Shown one piece after another: positions 35,823 to 46,900 of a DNA stretch of 64,000 nucleotides. The notes beneath the pieces were generated by a model, which saw only the letters and a program-made list of their open reading frames with translations, ran no database searches and was not told the DNA's origin. How positions within the stretch are numbered: the stretch's first letter is position 1; each line of letters begins with the position of its first letter. The DNA lies in the IMG/VR virus record IMGVR_UViG_3300007735_000804, positions 124,001 to 188,000 of that record, one strand, 5' to 3'. The translations under genes and the position numbers were made by a program.

Positions 35823-36377
35823 TCAATTTGAATTATTTGATTCTGCTTCTAACTCTGCCTCTGCCTGTGCAAGAAGTTCTTCATCAGATAATGTTGTTAA
35901 AGATATCCCACCAGAAGTTAAAGGATTGTTTTCTCGTGCTTCAGTAATCAAATCCTCTACAGAAGTATTTGTTTTTTCTAAATAATCTTCTATAAAAGAA
36001 TCAAGAACGTCAAGTAATCTAGTATCACCATTTCTTGCAAGATACTTTGAAATAGAATCTAAACTGAAAGGACGATGTGATGTTCTTCCTGGAGTAAGAG
36101 GTTTTATCGCTATTCCATCTGGAGGAATTACAGGTTCTATTTTAATTGGCGTTGGATCATCAGTTTCTTTTCTTACAGAGGATCTTTCTTGACCAATATA
36201 AACATCAGGATTGCAAACATCTTCTTGTTTTTTTATAAAATCTGGATCATATTTAGATACTTCATGATCAATATCTTCTAAGCTAGCGCCAGGGGCAATT
36301 GGTACAATTGCCCAAGATCCATCTTCATATTCAACTTTAACTTGCCCTGGGGCAACATCTAAAATTTTGTATTGCAT
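35823..36377 (-). CDS. hypothetical protein (adhesin-adjacent)
   Basis: ORF track 184 aa; late-type ATAAATA upstream. Confidence 0.7.
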   Translation of the reverse strand: MQYKILDVAPGQVKVEYEDGSWAIVPIAPGASLEDIDHEVSKYDPDFIKKQEDVCNPDVYIGQERSSVRKETDDPTPIKIEPVIPPDGIAIKPLTPGRTSHRPFSLDSISKYLARNGDTRLLDVLDSFIEDYLEKTNTSVEDLITEARENNPLTSGGISLTTLSDEELLAQAEAELEAESNNSN

Positions 36378-36402
36378 AAAAAAAAATTAATTCTTGTATT
36401 AT

Positions 36403-37272
36403 TTATCCAACTCTTCCAAGACGAGTTCCTGTTGCGGACCAAGTAACATTGTTATCATTGACAATATAATAACCTGCTAAACCACCAGCGGCGCCAGCAG
36501 ATCCAGCAGTATAATTACCATTTGCTCCAGTTCCACCATTTCCCCCAGATACTCCAAAAGTTCCACCATTGCCACCAGTTCCCCCATTACCAGCATTTGT
36601 TCCGCCAGCAGCACCACCAGAACCATTAGTATTATTTCTTGCATATCCTTGACCTAATCCACCAGTACCCCCAGCACCTCCAGCATAATAGTTAGTCCCT
36701 GTACAAGTATCACAGCAAGTATAGCAGTTGCAGCATTGTCCTCCTTTACCACAACAATAGCAACCTCCGTCACCACAACAAGTCTGACAACAACCACAAT
36801 TGCAACACTCATGGCAATTACAATCATAGGTGTAGTTTTGATATCCTTGACCCCCAGTACCACCTTGTCCACCACCACCTCCGCCACCATAAATGGTTCC
36901 TGCGTTATTAATCGTCACTGCAGATCCTGCATAAATTGCATTTCCTCCAGTTCCGCCATTGGCAGCACCACCAGCACCCTGAATAGAACCATTATTAACA
37001 AGAATGAGACTCCCAGACATGCTTGAATTTATGTACAAAGCATAATCTGATACATTAGGAGACCCAACAACTACACCTGAATTAATAGTAAGTCTTTTTG
37101 GAACATTAGATGTCCAATATGATCCAAATAAAACAGCAACGTTTACATTAATTGTATTGGTGGCAATAGTAGCGGAAGCTTCATAATCTCCATATATTGA
37201 AGATCTTGCCGAATATATACTTCCCATGTAATAAATTTTTACAGTATTAGGTGAATAAAAATTACTAGGCAT
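36403..37272 (-). CDS. Gly-rich gp38-like adhesin with an 18-Cys insert
   Basis: L..VNNGSIQGAGG...G.IYGGGGGGG...RLG C-terminus like 26811-27707; CNCHECCNCGCCQTCC... insert. Confidence 0.7.
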   Translation of the reverse strand: MPSNFYSPNTVKIYYMGSIYSARSSIYGDYEASATIATNTINVNVAVLFGSYWTSNVPKRLTINSGVVVGSPNVSDYALYINSSMSGSLILVNNGSIQGAGGAANGGTGGNAIYAGSAVTINNAGTIYGGGGGGGQGGTGGQGYQNYTYDCNCHECCNCGCCQTCCGDGGCYCCGKGGQCCNCYTCCDTCTGTNYYAGGAGGTGGLGQGYARNNTNGSGGAAGGTNAGNGGTGGNGGTFGVSGGNGGTGANGNYTAGSAGAAGGLAGYYIVNDNNVTWSATGTRLGRVG

Positions 37273-37281
37273 ATAAGTTAT

Positions 37282-37725
37282 TTATTGTAACCCCAATAAG
37301 ATCTTTAATTCTTCAACGGTTAATCCTGCACTTTCTAGTTTTTGTTCTGGTGTCAATTGTACTTCTGGTGCATCTTCTATTAACCAACTTTCACTAGCAT
37401 TATCCCATTTAATTCTTTTTCTTAATTTTGGTTCTGGAGGATCTGGCGGTTGCTTTCTGGTTGCATTTGTCGGCAAAAAATTCGGATCATCAACCCATAG
37501 CTTCATTCTTGTATCAAGATCATACCAAGTTCCCCTATTGTCTTTAATAATCTTCCAGGATTGCCCATCAAATATTGGAATATAACCTGGAGAATAATTT
37601 GGTGCTTGAATCATCGTTGCATGTGCTGGTATTAACCATACATCTGGTTCATCTAATGGTGAAGGATCAGCAAAACCTTCAGAAGTAAAATACTTATACT
37701 CTGGGTGATAATTATAAATTTTCAT
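37282..37725 (-). CDS. tail fibre assembly chaperone (Tfa-like)
   Basis: IYNY...ADPSPLDEP.VWLIPAHAT...P...F....W....DNRG. Confidence 0.75.
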   Translation of the reverse strand: MKIYNYHPEYKYFTSEGFADPSPLDEPDVWLIPAHATMIQAPNYSPGYIPIFDGQSWKIIKDNRGTWYDLDTRMKLWVDDPNFLPTNATRKQPPDPPEPKLRKRIKWDNASESWLIEDAPEVQLTPEQKLESAGLTVEELKILLGLQ

Positions 37726-37734
37726 AATTTTAAA

Positions 37735-38205
37735 TTAAAAATAGTTTAAATTTATTACAACTCTAGCAGGAGCATCCGTACAACTAGTACCACAGTGCTC
37801 TAAATTACTATCAAAAATAACAACTCTATTTGCAACACTATTTACCTTTTTTCCATTTTTAAATTTTGTATACCCATCGCAAGTATTAAGATAAAAGACC
37901 GCAGTTTTCATATTTGGAAAATCAATATGATAATCGTGTTCTTCTATTGTTTCTGTTCTTGGATTTAAATTTGCTTTAACTCTAACTAAAGATTGTACGT
38001 TGAGTTTTTCTCTCAAGCACAAAATATTTGAATACAAATGTGTTGGTTGATCGTATTGATAAAAGCAATGTGTATTTTGATGGAATTTACTTCCAGTTGT
38101 AACAGATCCAAAAAACCAGGGAAAACTAGTCCCCATAACTAAACGACGAATCATATCAAATTGATTATGATTTAAAAAATCATCAATAATCTCAAAATTT
38201 GTCAT
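37735..38205 (-). CDS. 2OG-Fe(II) oxygenase
   Basis: IIDDFL, HID, GYTKF, NRVVIFD...H...R.VIN.NY. Confidence 0.85.
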   Translation of the reverse strand: MTNFEIIDDFLNHNQFDMIRRLVMGTSFPWFFGSVTTGSKFHQNTHCFYQYDQPTHLYSNILCLREKLNVQSLVRVKANLNPRTETIEEHDYHIDFPNMKTAVFYLNTCDGYTKFKNGKKVNSVANRVVIFDSNLEHCGTSCTDAPARVVINLNYF

Positions 38206-38232
38206 ATTAATCTCATAAAATAATATTTATGG

Positions 38233-41200
38233 TCAATATTTTATGCAAGGAAGAAGTGCTAGGTTACGTGGACGAGTTTCAGATCCACCAGCGGGATCAG
38301 TTGTCCAATCAGTATAGAATGGGTTATTATCATTGTCATTTCCTGTTCTTGAACCTGGATAGTAATTTGGCAATCCAGAGTTACCATTATTTTCAGCGTA
38401 ATAAAAGTTTCTAAAATTGTGAGCATGTGATTGAATATCTTGAGATTGGAATGATCCAAAGGTTCTTCCACCATCTACACCTCTTCCACCATCCCAACCC
38501 CGAATGAATTCTCCACGCAAATCAGGAAGATTAAATGTTGTGCTACCATCACCTGCACCATAAGTAGTTCCAAGAATGGTAAACAATACAGAATACGTTG
38601 TTCTTGAAATTGCTGCACCATTACATGATAGATACCCAGTTGGAGCACTTGATGCTGCAAAATAAAATACAGATCCAGTAGGAACAACACTGCTGCCTAC
38701 TGAAGTGTCGTACCAAATGTCACCATCACAAAGACCAACTGGTTCTGTAGGTTGAACAAATCTTCTACCATATGCATTACTAGTTGACCCAATGCCAATA
38801 ATATTACCACCAGTTACTGAAATTGGATTTGGACAAGCATATCCAATTTGATTTACGGTAACGTTACCACCACCGCCACCACTAATTGAAACATTCACTA
38901 ATCCTGCAGATGGGCTTATTGCTGTAACTGCAGATCCAATGAAATTAATCGTTGTAATTCCAAGTTGAGTTCCTACAGTTGCACCTTCTTCTTGAATTGT
39001 AATTCCTGCAATGCCACCAGCACTAGATACTGATTTCCATGTCCAACCGCCAGAACCATTTGCAGTTAAAACAAAATTATTAGTTCCAGTCCCACCGCCA
39101 GAATCTTGAATGCTAGATGGTTTTATACTTGGAACAGTAAGCAAATCAGTAGAAGGGGTGTATGTAATTGCAGAATCTACAAATGCTGTGGTGATTCCAC
39201 TAGTAACACTAGACAAAACTAGATATCTAGATGAACCACTAGTATCAGTCGTTACATTAAGACTTGATGCTACTCCAATTGTAATAGTATTTGGATCAGA
39301 CCAAACAGGTGCATTACTTGTATCATTCCAAGTAAGAATTCTACCATTAGCATTTGGATCTGCTAAAAATGTGGTTGTATTTGACGCTGTTTGATATGGT
39401 ATAGAACCTGCAGCACCACCTTTAAGATTTGTAGCAATGCCAGAGTTATCAGCATAATTTGCTTTATCGACAATTAATCCAGTTGGATTGACCCAAGAAG
39501 GTGCTGAACCAGAATTATATTGAAGAAGTTGACCTGTAAGTGTTCCGTTTGATATGAATGCAGTTGTATTCGCTGCCGTCTGATAAGGTATTTGATAAGC
39601 AGCACCACCTTTAAGATTTGTAGCAATGCCAGCATTTGTAGCAATACCGGCATTATCCGCATAAGATGCTTTATCTACACTTAATCCAGTTGGATTTACC
39701 CAAGAGGGTGCTGAAGTTCCATTGGATTGTAGTAGTTGTCCTGAAGTTCCATTAGGAATGAATGCAGTTGTATTTGCTGCCGTTTGATAAGGAATTTGAG
39801 ACGCAATACCACCTTTAAGATTGGTAGCGATACCAGAGTTGTCAGCATAATTAGCCTTATCTACAGTAAGACCAGTTGGATTGACCCAAGAAGGTGCTGA
39901 ACCAGAGTTATATTGGAGAAGTTGACCTGTAGTAGATCCATTAGGAATAAATGCAGTTATATTCGCTGCCGTCTGATAAGGTATTTGATAAGCAGCACCA
40001 CCTTTAAGATTTGTGGAAATACCAGCATTGTTAGCATAGTTTGCTACGCTAAAATCAATACTTACATTAGATGCTGCTGTTACTCTACCTTTAGCATCTA
40101 CTGTCAAAATACCCACTTGAGTTGCAGATCCATAAGTACCTGCTACAACACCACTATTACTTAAAATAGTAGTAATGGTGACGTTCTGACTTCCATCAAA
40201 CGTAGTACCAATACCAACACCAATTACATCACCATCAATATCAATATTTCTTGGTGTTGCCAGTCTGGTTGCAGTATCAGCATTTCCCGAAATAGCGCCC
40301 ACGAAAGTGTTAGCGTAAACGTTATTCCATTTATTAGAAGTTGCACCTAAATTTAAAGTGCCATTTGTTGATGGAAGTACATTTCCACCAAATGTTGACA
40401 CACCAGCGATATTTAATTGTTTGGAGAATAAATTAGGTCCAGTAACTGTTGCAATACCCGCAAATGTTGATAAACCAGAAACAATGAGTTGAGATGTTGA
40501 AGTTCCGCTACCAGCTACTGTAAGGGTAGTTGTAGGGTTCGAAACATTGATCCCAAGAGAATTTGTGCTTGGATTATAAACAATTTCACTATCAACTAAT
40601 GCCGATGTAATACCACTGGTTCCACTTGATAAAAGTAAATATCTATCAATATTGGCATTATCAGTTGTTACTGTAAGACTTGATGCTGCACCAGTTAACG
40701 TTCCAATTATATTGGTAGCATAAAAATTATTCCAGCGAAATGATGGAGATCCTAAATTATAAGTGTTATCTACTGATGGAAGAATATTTCCTCCAAATGT
40801 TGATACACCAACGATTCTTATATTACCTTGAACATATAAAGATGATGTTGGATTTGCAGTTCCTATACCAATATTACCAGAACTATTAATAACTAAATGA
40901 TTTGCATTATCACTATTAGTAGCATTAAAGAAAATAGCATTATCCGCAGAAAGTAATCCAAATCTTGCTTTTTCTGTCCCTTGTCTAAAATATCTTACAT
41001 AAGTTTGATCTTGTGCTGCTAAACCTCTATCAATTCTAAAGATACCTTGTAAATGCAAACTGTCTTGTGGATTTGTGGTCCCTATGCCAAGATTATTTGT
41101 GTTGGGGTTATAAACAATCCCATCATCAGAAAGTGCTGTCGTAATACCACTTGTTTTACTAGACAAGACAAAATATCTAGATGTATTTGCATCATCTGTA

Positions 41201-43296
41201 GTTACTGTAAGACTCGATGCCGCTCCAGTAATATTGCCAATTATATTATTGACATAAAAATTATCCCAACGAAGTGATGGAGATCCTAAATTATAAGTAT
41301 TATCTGCTGATGGAGATACATTGGAACTAATTCGAGCATTAAATGTAACTGTATCACTATTAGCGTCTCCTAAAGTTACATTGCCTCCAACATTTAAATT
41401 CTTCTCAATACCAACACCACCTTCAACAACTAATGCCCCAGTATCTTTATTTGTAGACTCTGTAGTGTTTGATATTGAAGTAATACCAGAAACAACTAGT
41501 TGATCATTAATTGATGTAGTGCCGCCAGAAGAATCAATTGTTAAATTACCTGTTGTTGTATCAATTGTATTATCATTTGTAATTCCAATTTGAATATTAT
41601 CAATATATGCTCCGGCGAGAGTACTAACCCCAACTACTCTCAAATTTCTAGTAGTGGTTATACCAGAAACACCTAAAGTTGCAACTGTAGCAACTCCACT
41701 TACGGTGAAGTCTCTTGTAGATACGATTCCTGTAAAGAAACCATTTCTAGCAAAAAGTTCGTCATAAAAAACATCATCTTTTATGAATAAATCCCCACCA
41801 ACATATAAATCACCACCAGTTGTCGTAATACCACCTAAAGTTGCTAAATTAACTGCTCCACCAACATTGAGACGTTTTTCAATACCAACACCACCTTCAA
41901 CAATAAGAGCACCAGTATCTTTGTCCGTAGATTCAGTTGTATCATTGATATAAACGGCATCATTAATTTGGGTTGTTCCTAGAGCAGAATCTAAAATTAA
42001 ATTTCCTGTTAAAGTACTAATAGTATTAGTATCTAATTTGATATTATCAAAAGTTCCAACACCAGTAACGTTTAAATTATTAACATTAACTATAGATGAA
42101 AATGTTGAAACACCACTAACATTTAATTGATTAAGAGTAAGAGTTTGATAAACTTGAAGATTTTGAGTTGTTGTAAGACCAGTGACTCCTAGATCGCTAT
42201 TAATATTGACCTTTTGTAAAAAGGTTGATACTCCAGTTACATATAAATTCGTAACATCTATAGCGCCAATAAATTTTGATGCTGTTACAATACCAGCAAA
42301 ATATGCATTTGTACCAGTTATAAAACCTAATGTTGCAATACCAGATACAACAAGATTACGAGTTGTAGTTGTCCCTGTTACGCCAAGAGTTGAAACCGCA
42401 AGATTATCAACTGTGACACCGCCTCTAAAACTAGATATTCCTAAAACATCTAGTAAAACTCTTGGTTGCGTAGTTCCAATACCAATTCGATTATTGTTAT
42501 CATCAAACACAAAATTGGGAGCACCACCAATTAAACCAGCACTGTTATGAAATTGTATGTTTTGATATGTACCACCAGCACCTGCATTAATTGTTCCAGG
42601 ATTTGTCCAATTCAATCCACCAAAATTATTTTTAACTAAAATTTGAGAATTAGTTCCTGGTTGATTATTGGAATCATAAATTGTTCCAGTTAATCTTAAA
42701 TCTCCTTGAATATGAAGTTCTTGTGTTGGATTTGTGGTTGCTATACCAACCAAACCATCAAGAGTTGTAGTAATTACAGTGCCGCCAGCACCAACAAAAA
42801 TCCTATCACCAGCAGATAAGAGTCCTGTAGGTGAATCAAAAGTAAGTTTTGATGAGGTTGAAAATTCATTTGATGCATTGAATAAAAGTTCTTTATTATT
42901 TCCAGGAGCAAATACAGTAATTGTGACTGCTACACCTGGAGAACTATCAGGATTTAAATAACCTTTGGCAGAAACCGCTGCACCAACAAAATTTAATTGA
43001 GTAATACTACTCAATCCACCAGTCGGAGTTAAAACTCCATCGTCAAATACACTAATTGAACCAGGAATGATGCCACCCTGATTTATAATCCAATATCTAT
43101 CAGTCGCACCAGATCCAACAGAGGCAAGAATATATTGAGTTCCTGGGGGTATAGGCTTTGCTCCAATAGAAGATGGACCTACTAATGGATTGCCAAGATT
43201 TGGTTCTACTTCATCAGTATACAAATACTTGTATCTATCGTTGCGTAATTGTTCTTGCGGGGTTAGTCTAGTACGACCCGATAAGTAACGTGGCAT
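38233..43296 (-). CDS. tail fibre with C-terminal tail-collar domain
   Basis: 1687 aa; VPTGSVFYFA...CNG..ISRTTY..LF...GTTYG.GDGSTTFNLPDLRGEFIRG...ETRPRN. Confidence 0.85.
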   Translation of the reverse strand: MPRYLSGRTRLTPQEQLRNDRYKYLYTDEVEPNLGNPLVGPSSIGAKPIPPGTQYILASVGSGATDRYWIINQGGIIPGSISVFDDGVLTPTGGLSSITQLNFVGAAVSAKGYLNPDSSPGVAVTITVFAPGNNKELLFNASNEFSTSSKLTFDSPTGLLSAGDRIFVGAGGTVITTTLDGLVGIATTNPTQELHIQGDLRLTGTIYDSNNQPGTNSQILVKNNFGGLNWTNPGTINAGAGGTYQNIQFHNSAGLIGGAPNFVFDDNNNRIGIGTTQPRVLLDVLGISSFRGGVTVDNLAVSTLGVTGTTTTRNLVVSGIATLGFITGTNAYFAGIVTASKFIGAIDVTNLYVTGVSTFLQKVNINSDLGVTGLTTTQNLQVYQTLTLNQLNVSGVSTFSSIVNVNNLNVTGVGTFDNIKLDTNTISTLTGNLILDSALGTTQINDAVYINDTTESTDKDTGALIVEGGVGIEKRLNVGGAVNLATLGGITTTGGDLYVGGDLFIKDDVFYDELFARNGFFTGIVSTRDFTVSGVATVATLGVSGITTTRNLRVVGVSTLAGAYIDNIQIGITNDNTIDTTTGNLTIDSSGGTTSINDQLVVSGITSISNTTESTNKDTGALVVEGGVGIEKNLNVGGNVTLGDANSDTVTFNARISSNVSPSADNTYNLGSPSLRWDNFYVNNIIGNITGAASSLTVTTDDANTSRYFVLSSKTSGITTALSDDGIVYNPNTNNLGIGTTNPQDSLHLQGIFRIDRGLAAQDQTYVRYFRQGTEKARFGLLSADNAIFFNATNSDNANHLVINSSGNIGIGTANPTSSLYVQGNIRIVGVSTFGGNILPSVDNTYNLGSPSFRWNNFYATNIIGTLTGAASSLTVTTDNANIDRYLLLSSGTSGITSALVDSEIVYNPSTNSLGINVSNPTTTLTVAGSGTSTSQLIVSGLSTFAGIATVTGPNLFSKQLNIAGVSTFGGNVLPSTNGTLNLGATSNKWNNVYANTFVGAISGNADTATRLATPRNIDIDGDVIGVGIGTTFDGSQNVTITTILSNSGVVAGTYGSATQVGILTVDAKGRVTAASNVSIDFSVANYANNAGISTNLKGGAAYQIPYQTAANITAFIPNGSTTGQLLQYNSGSAPSWVNPTGLTVDKANYADNSGIATNLKGGIASQIPYQTAANTTAFIPNGTSGQLLQSNGTSAPSWVNPTGLSVDKASYADNAGIATNAGIATNLKGGAAYQIPYQTAANTTAFISNGTLTGQLLQYNSGSAPSWVNPTGLIVDKANYADNSGIATNLKGGAAGSIPYQTASNTTTFLADPNANGRILTWNDTSNAPVWSDPNTITIGVASSLNVTTDTSGSSRYLVLSSVTSGITTAFVDSAITYTPSTDLLTVPSIKPSSIQDSGGGTGTNNFVLTANGSGGWTWKSVSSAGGIAGITIQEEGATVGTQLGITTINFIGSAVTAISPSAGLVNVSISGGGGGNVTVNQIGYACPNPISVTGGNIIGIGSTSNAYGRRFVQPTEPVGLCDGDIWYDTSVGSSVVPTGSVFYFAASSAPTGYLSCNGAAISRTTYSVLFTILGTTYGAGDGSTTFNLPDLRGEFIRGWDGGRGVDGGRTFGSFQSQDIQSHAHNFRNFYYAENNGNSGLPNYYPGSRTGNDNDNNPFYTDWTTDPAGGSETRPRNLALLPCIKY
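39410..40030. repeat. about 60-aa tandem module x3-4 (TNLKGG...IPYQTAANTTAF...APSWVNPTGL.VDKA)
   Basis: Near-identical DNA copies inside the 1687-aa fibre. Confidence 0.8.
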
Positions 43297-43298
43297 AA

Positions 43299-43970
43299 TT
43301 ATGCGGTACTATTTTCAAGAATACTACAAATAAATTCCATCTGAAGTGGTCCTACATTGCCGCCACTCAAATAGGTATGTGCAATCCCAACTACTTTTCC
43401 AGAATTAGTTACAAAAGTTCTAGATGTTCCAACTGTATCGACAATAGAAGTGACAGTAAAAGATTGTTGGGGAGATGGGAAAATTGTTGTTGTAAGTCCA
43501 AATGAACCACTACAAGTAAATGCCAAACCACTCATTGTGACTTCATCACCAACACTAAAATTATGAGGACTGATTGTAGTTATTGTTGTTATACCAGTAT
43601 TATGATCATACTTACAGTTAGTAATTGATACTATTCCAGATTGAACTCCTCTAATTACAATAGAATCAGTAATAACTGGGGTTTTTTCCAATACTAATCT
43701 ACCATCAATAATTACTAAGGTGTCTTGTGGTGGAACTTCAACATTCTTGACAACTCTTATATCTCTTGTATTTCCTGCAGTTCTGGAAGATGTACTTTTT
43801 CGTCTATGCGTTAATGTAACGGTTGGATATGTATTGCCAATGCCGACGTTTGCAACTTGAGCATAAAGAAGAATTGCAGAGACTCCTGTAGGAGTTGTAT
43901 ATACAATATTTTCTCCTGGAGCAACTGGAACTGCAATGGTTAAAAACTTATTAAGTGGTGCAACTGCCAT
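43299..43970 (-). CDS. virion structural protein (fibre-associated)
   Basis: YD..TG..TITT..PHNF.VGD.V module; 2-3 bp spacing within the fibre operon. Confidence 0.7.
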   Translation of the reverse strand: MAVAPLNKFLTIAVPVAPGENIVYTTPTGVSAILLYAQVANVGIGNTYPTVTLTHRRKSTSSRTAGNTRDIRVVKNVEVPPQDTLVIIDGRLVLEKTPVITDSIVIRGVQSGIVSITNCKYDHNTGITTITTISPHNFSVGDEVTMSGLAFTCSGSFGLTTTIFPSPQQSFTVTSIVDTVGTSRTFVTNSGKVVGIAHTYLSGGNVGPLQMEFICSILENSTA

Positions 43971-43973
43971 ATT

Positions 43974-46900
43974 TTATCTCAACGCAAGTATAAGTGGGGT
44001 AACTTCTGCTTGTATTGCCTTACTAAAGTCTCTTCCTCTAATCGTTGCTGTTGGTTGATTGATTTGAAATCCTTCACCAATGTCAAAGTTTCCTTTTTGG
44101 TCAGTGCTTGTAAATGGTACTTGAGCTCCATCTAGTGCGACAATCTCATTCTGTTTTATTGGAACAGCGCCTTTAAAAGGTGTTGCTGTATTTATATCAA
44201 CACCCGTACCAATATATTCAAAAGAGTGAGAGCTCGTAAGAATGCGACTAATTCTTTTAAGTGAAACTTCTTCTCCACCAAATAATTCATATGGGATGAA
44301 TTCATTAAAAGTAACTGTTGTAATGCCAGTAACTGGTGTTGGGGCAGTTGCAACATCAACTGTATAGTAAATTGGTTGTGTTACTATTGTTGCCGTAGCA
44401 CCTCCAGTGCCATCAATAAAAACTTCAAGATTTTGTGTTGGAAGATAATTTCTACCGCTACTAACAACATCAATTGCAGTAATTGCACCAGAAACTTCAT
44501 CAATAGTTGGACTTACTTCTGCAATAACTCCTTGGGGTCCTTTTGGTTGTTGAGTTAAATCGCCAGCATCCCGAATAATTACAGTTGGTGGTGATGCTGC
44601 ACTATAACCAGACCCACCATTAGTAACAATAATTTCTTGAACTTGCAACATAGGTTGTTGCAAAATTGTTGTTGATAGACCTGTTGTTATAGCATCGGGA
44701 TATCTACTCAAATCAATCTTAAAAAATAAAGCTTGCCCATCATAAGGTCTTCTTACGGTTCCTATTCCTCCGTTTGAATTATCTTTCATATTCGCAAAAG
44801 TAACTATATCACTTACAGCATCAACACCAGGTTGGGTTCTTGTAGGTGGATATGTACTTACAATACCAGTAAACTCTGTAGATCCTAAACCTACAGCATA
44901 TAGACCATAATTGCCAAAAGATGAGTTAGAGTTCGTAAGATCACAAGAACCTCCACTTGCGGCAAAAATACCAATATCGCAGTTAATTGTAAAAATAGAA
45001 ACCAATTGAGCATAACCATTGTTGGTAATGGATACTCCAATACCATTTTCATTATATTGCGTAAAAGAGTCACATACCATTGATTTTAGATCGTTACCAA
45101 TTGTTGCTGCTGTAGCATGATTTCCATCAATCTTCATACCAATACTCTTGGTCATGAAATTGGTACAGTTTCTTACATAAGGACTTCTCCATCTACCACT
45201 AGATCCTTCTGTTGCTGGACCAGGTGATATATATCCAGATACGGCATAATTTGCTGGATTTGTAGGTGGAAATGCAACTGCACCACAACCAGTATGAGCA
45301 ACTGCAACACTTGTACCTGCAAAATTAAGATTTTCAATTAGACATCCACGTCGAACATGAAAAACATCTTTTGTTGGATTATTTGGAATAATCGTAACCA
45401 GTCTTAAATCTTGTCCAGAAACTGAAACATCAGTCCTTAATCCAATTGGATTATTTTCTTGATATACTCCGGAGCGAACAAAAATAGTATCACCTTCTTG
45501 TGCAATTGAGGCAGCCGCACCTACAGTTCTTTTCGCATCACCTTCAAGATAACCAGTGTTTGCATCATTACCATCCATTGTAACCCAAATAGCATTTTGA
45601 GTTTGTACTCCTGGCGGTCTCCAAGAAACACCAGACCCAACAGACGAAAGGCGATAATCAAATTTTCCTGATGCTGTGCTATTGTTTACATCAATTAAAG
45701 AAGAATCTAATTCTAAAGTCCCAACTAGTTTAGTATCTTCGCCTACATTTAAATTTTTCTCAATACCAACTCCACCTTGAGTAATTAATGCTCCAGTATC
45801 TTTGCTTGTCGATTGTGTTGCACTATTAAATGTAACATCTCCATCAACATCTAAAATATCATTAAGTGTGGTGGCACCATCAACATTCAGAGTTGTATCT
45901 AGATCAGTTGCACCTTTGACATTTAAAGTGGTCTGAAGAACCGTAGCACCATCAACATTCAGAGTTGTATCTAGATCAGTTGCACCTTTGACATTTAAAG
46001 TAGTTTGGAGTACTGTTGCACCATCAACATTCAGAGTTGTATCTAGATCAGTTGCACCTTTGACATTTAAAGTAGTTTGGAGTACTGTTGCACCATCAAC
46101 ATTCAGAGTTGTATCTAGATCAGTTGCACCTTTGACATTTAAGGATGATTGAAGAACTGTATTACCATCAACATTCAAGGTCGCATCAAAATCAACTGCT
46201 CCAGTGGTGTGAAGAGTACCTCCAATGTCTAAAGTTGATGTTGGCGTATTACTTTGAATACCAACATTTGTCATTCTGTAAATACTTCCAGTAGAATCAA
46301 ATCCCCATAAGTCTTGAGTCTTAATATCTGCTATAAAATTGGGATTGGATGGATTTGGAATAGGTGTTATTGTTGTAGTTCCTATACCAAGACTGTTGAC
46401 TTCTACAAAGTTTAATACTGTAAATGATTTTGCAATTCCAGTTACTGGTATATAAGTTCCATCATCTTGAACAAAAATACCATTGCTAAAATTTGGAGAT
46501 GCTGCTATCCAACGAACTCCTCCAGAGTCCATGTTTAAGTAATAACCATTTATTCCTGGAGAATTTACAGAATCGTAAATGAAATCATCAATTTTTACAC
46601 TTCCAGCTACATCAAGTTTTTGTTCTGGATTTGTGCTTCCTATTCCAATTCTATCACTAACAATCGCTGTTCCGATTACATCCAATGTTGTTCTTGGATT
46701 AGTAGACGCAATGCCAACTCTACCATTATTTGCATTTGCTGTTAAAGTTGTTCCACCAACACCAACATCTAATCTTTCTCTTACCGTTAGAATTCCTACA
46801 TTTACAGTTTTGGTAAAATAAACATCATCATAAAAATTTGCTGGTCCGTAAAAATTTGACGACCCTAAAATATCTAAATCTTGTACGGTAAGTTTAGTAT

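Noticed and set aside
26811-37272. Diversity-generating retroelement acting on the two adhesins
   Set aside because: No reverse transcriptase in the window, and no near-identical TR/VR pair differing only at adenines was seen
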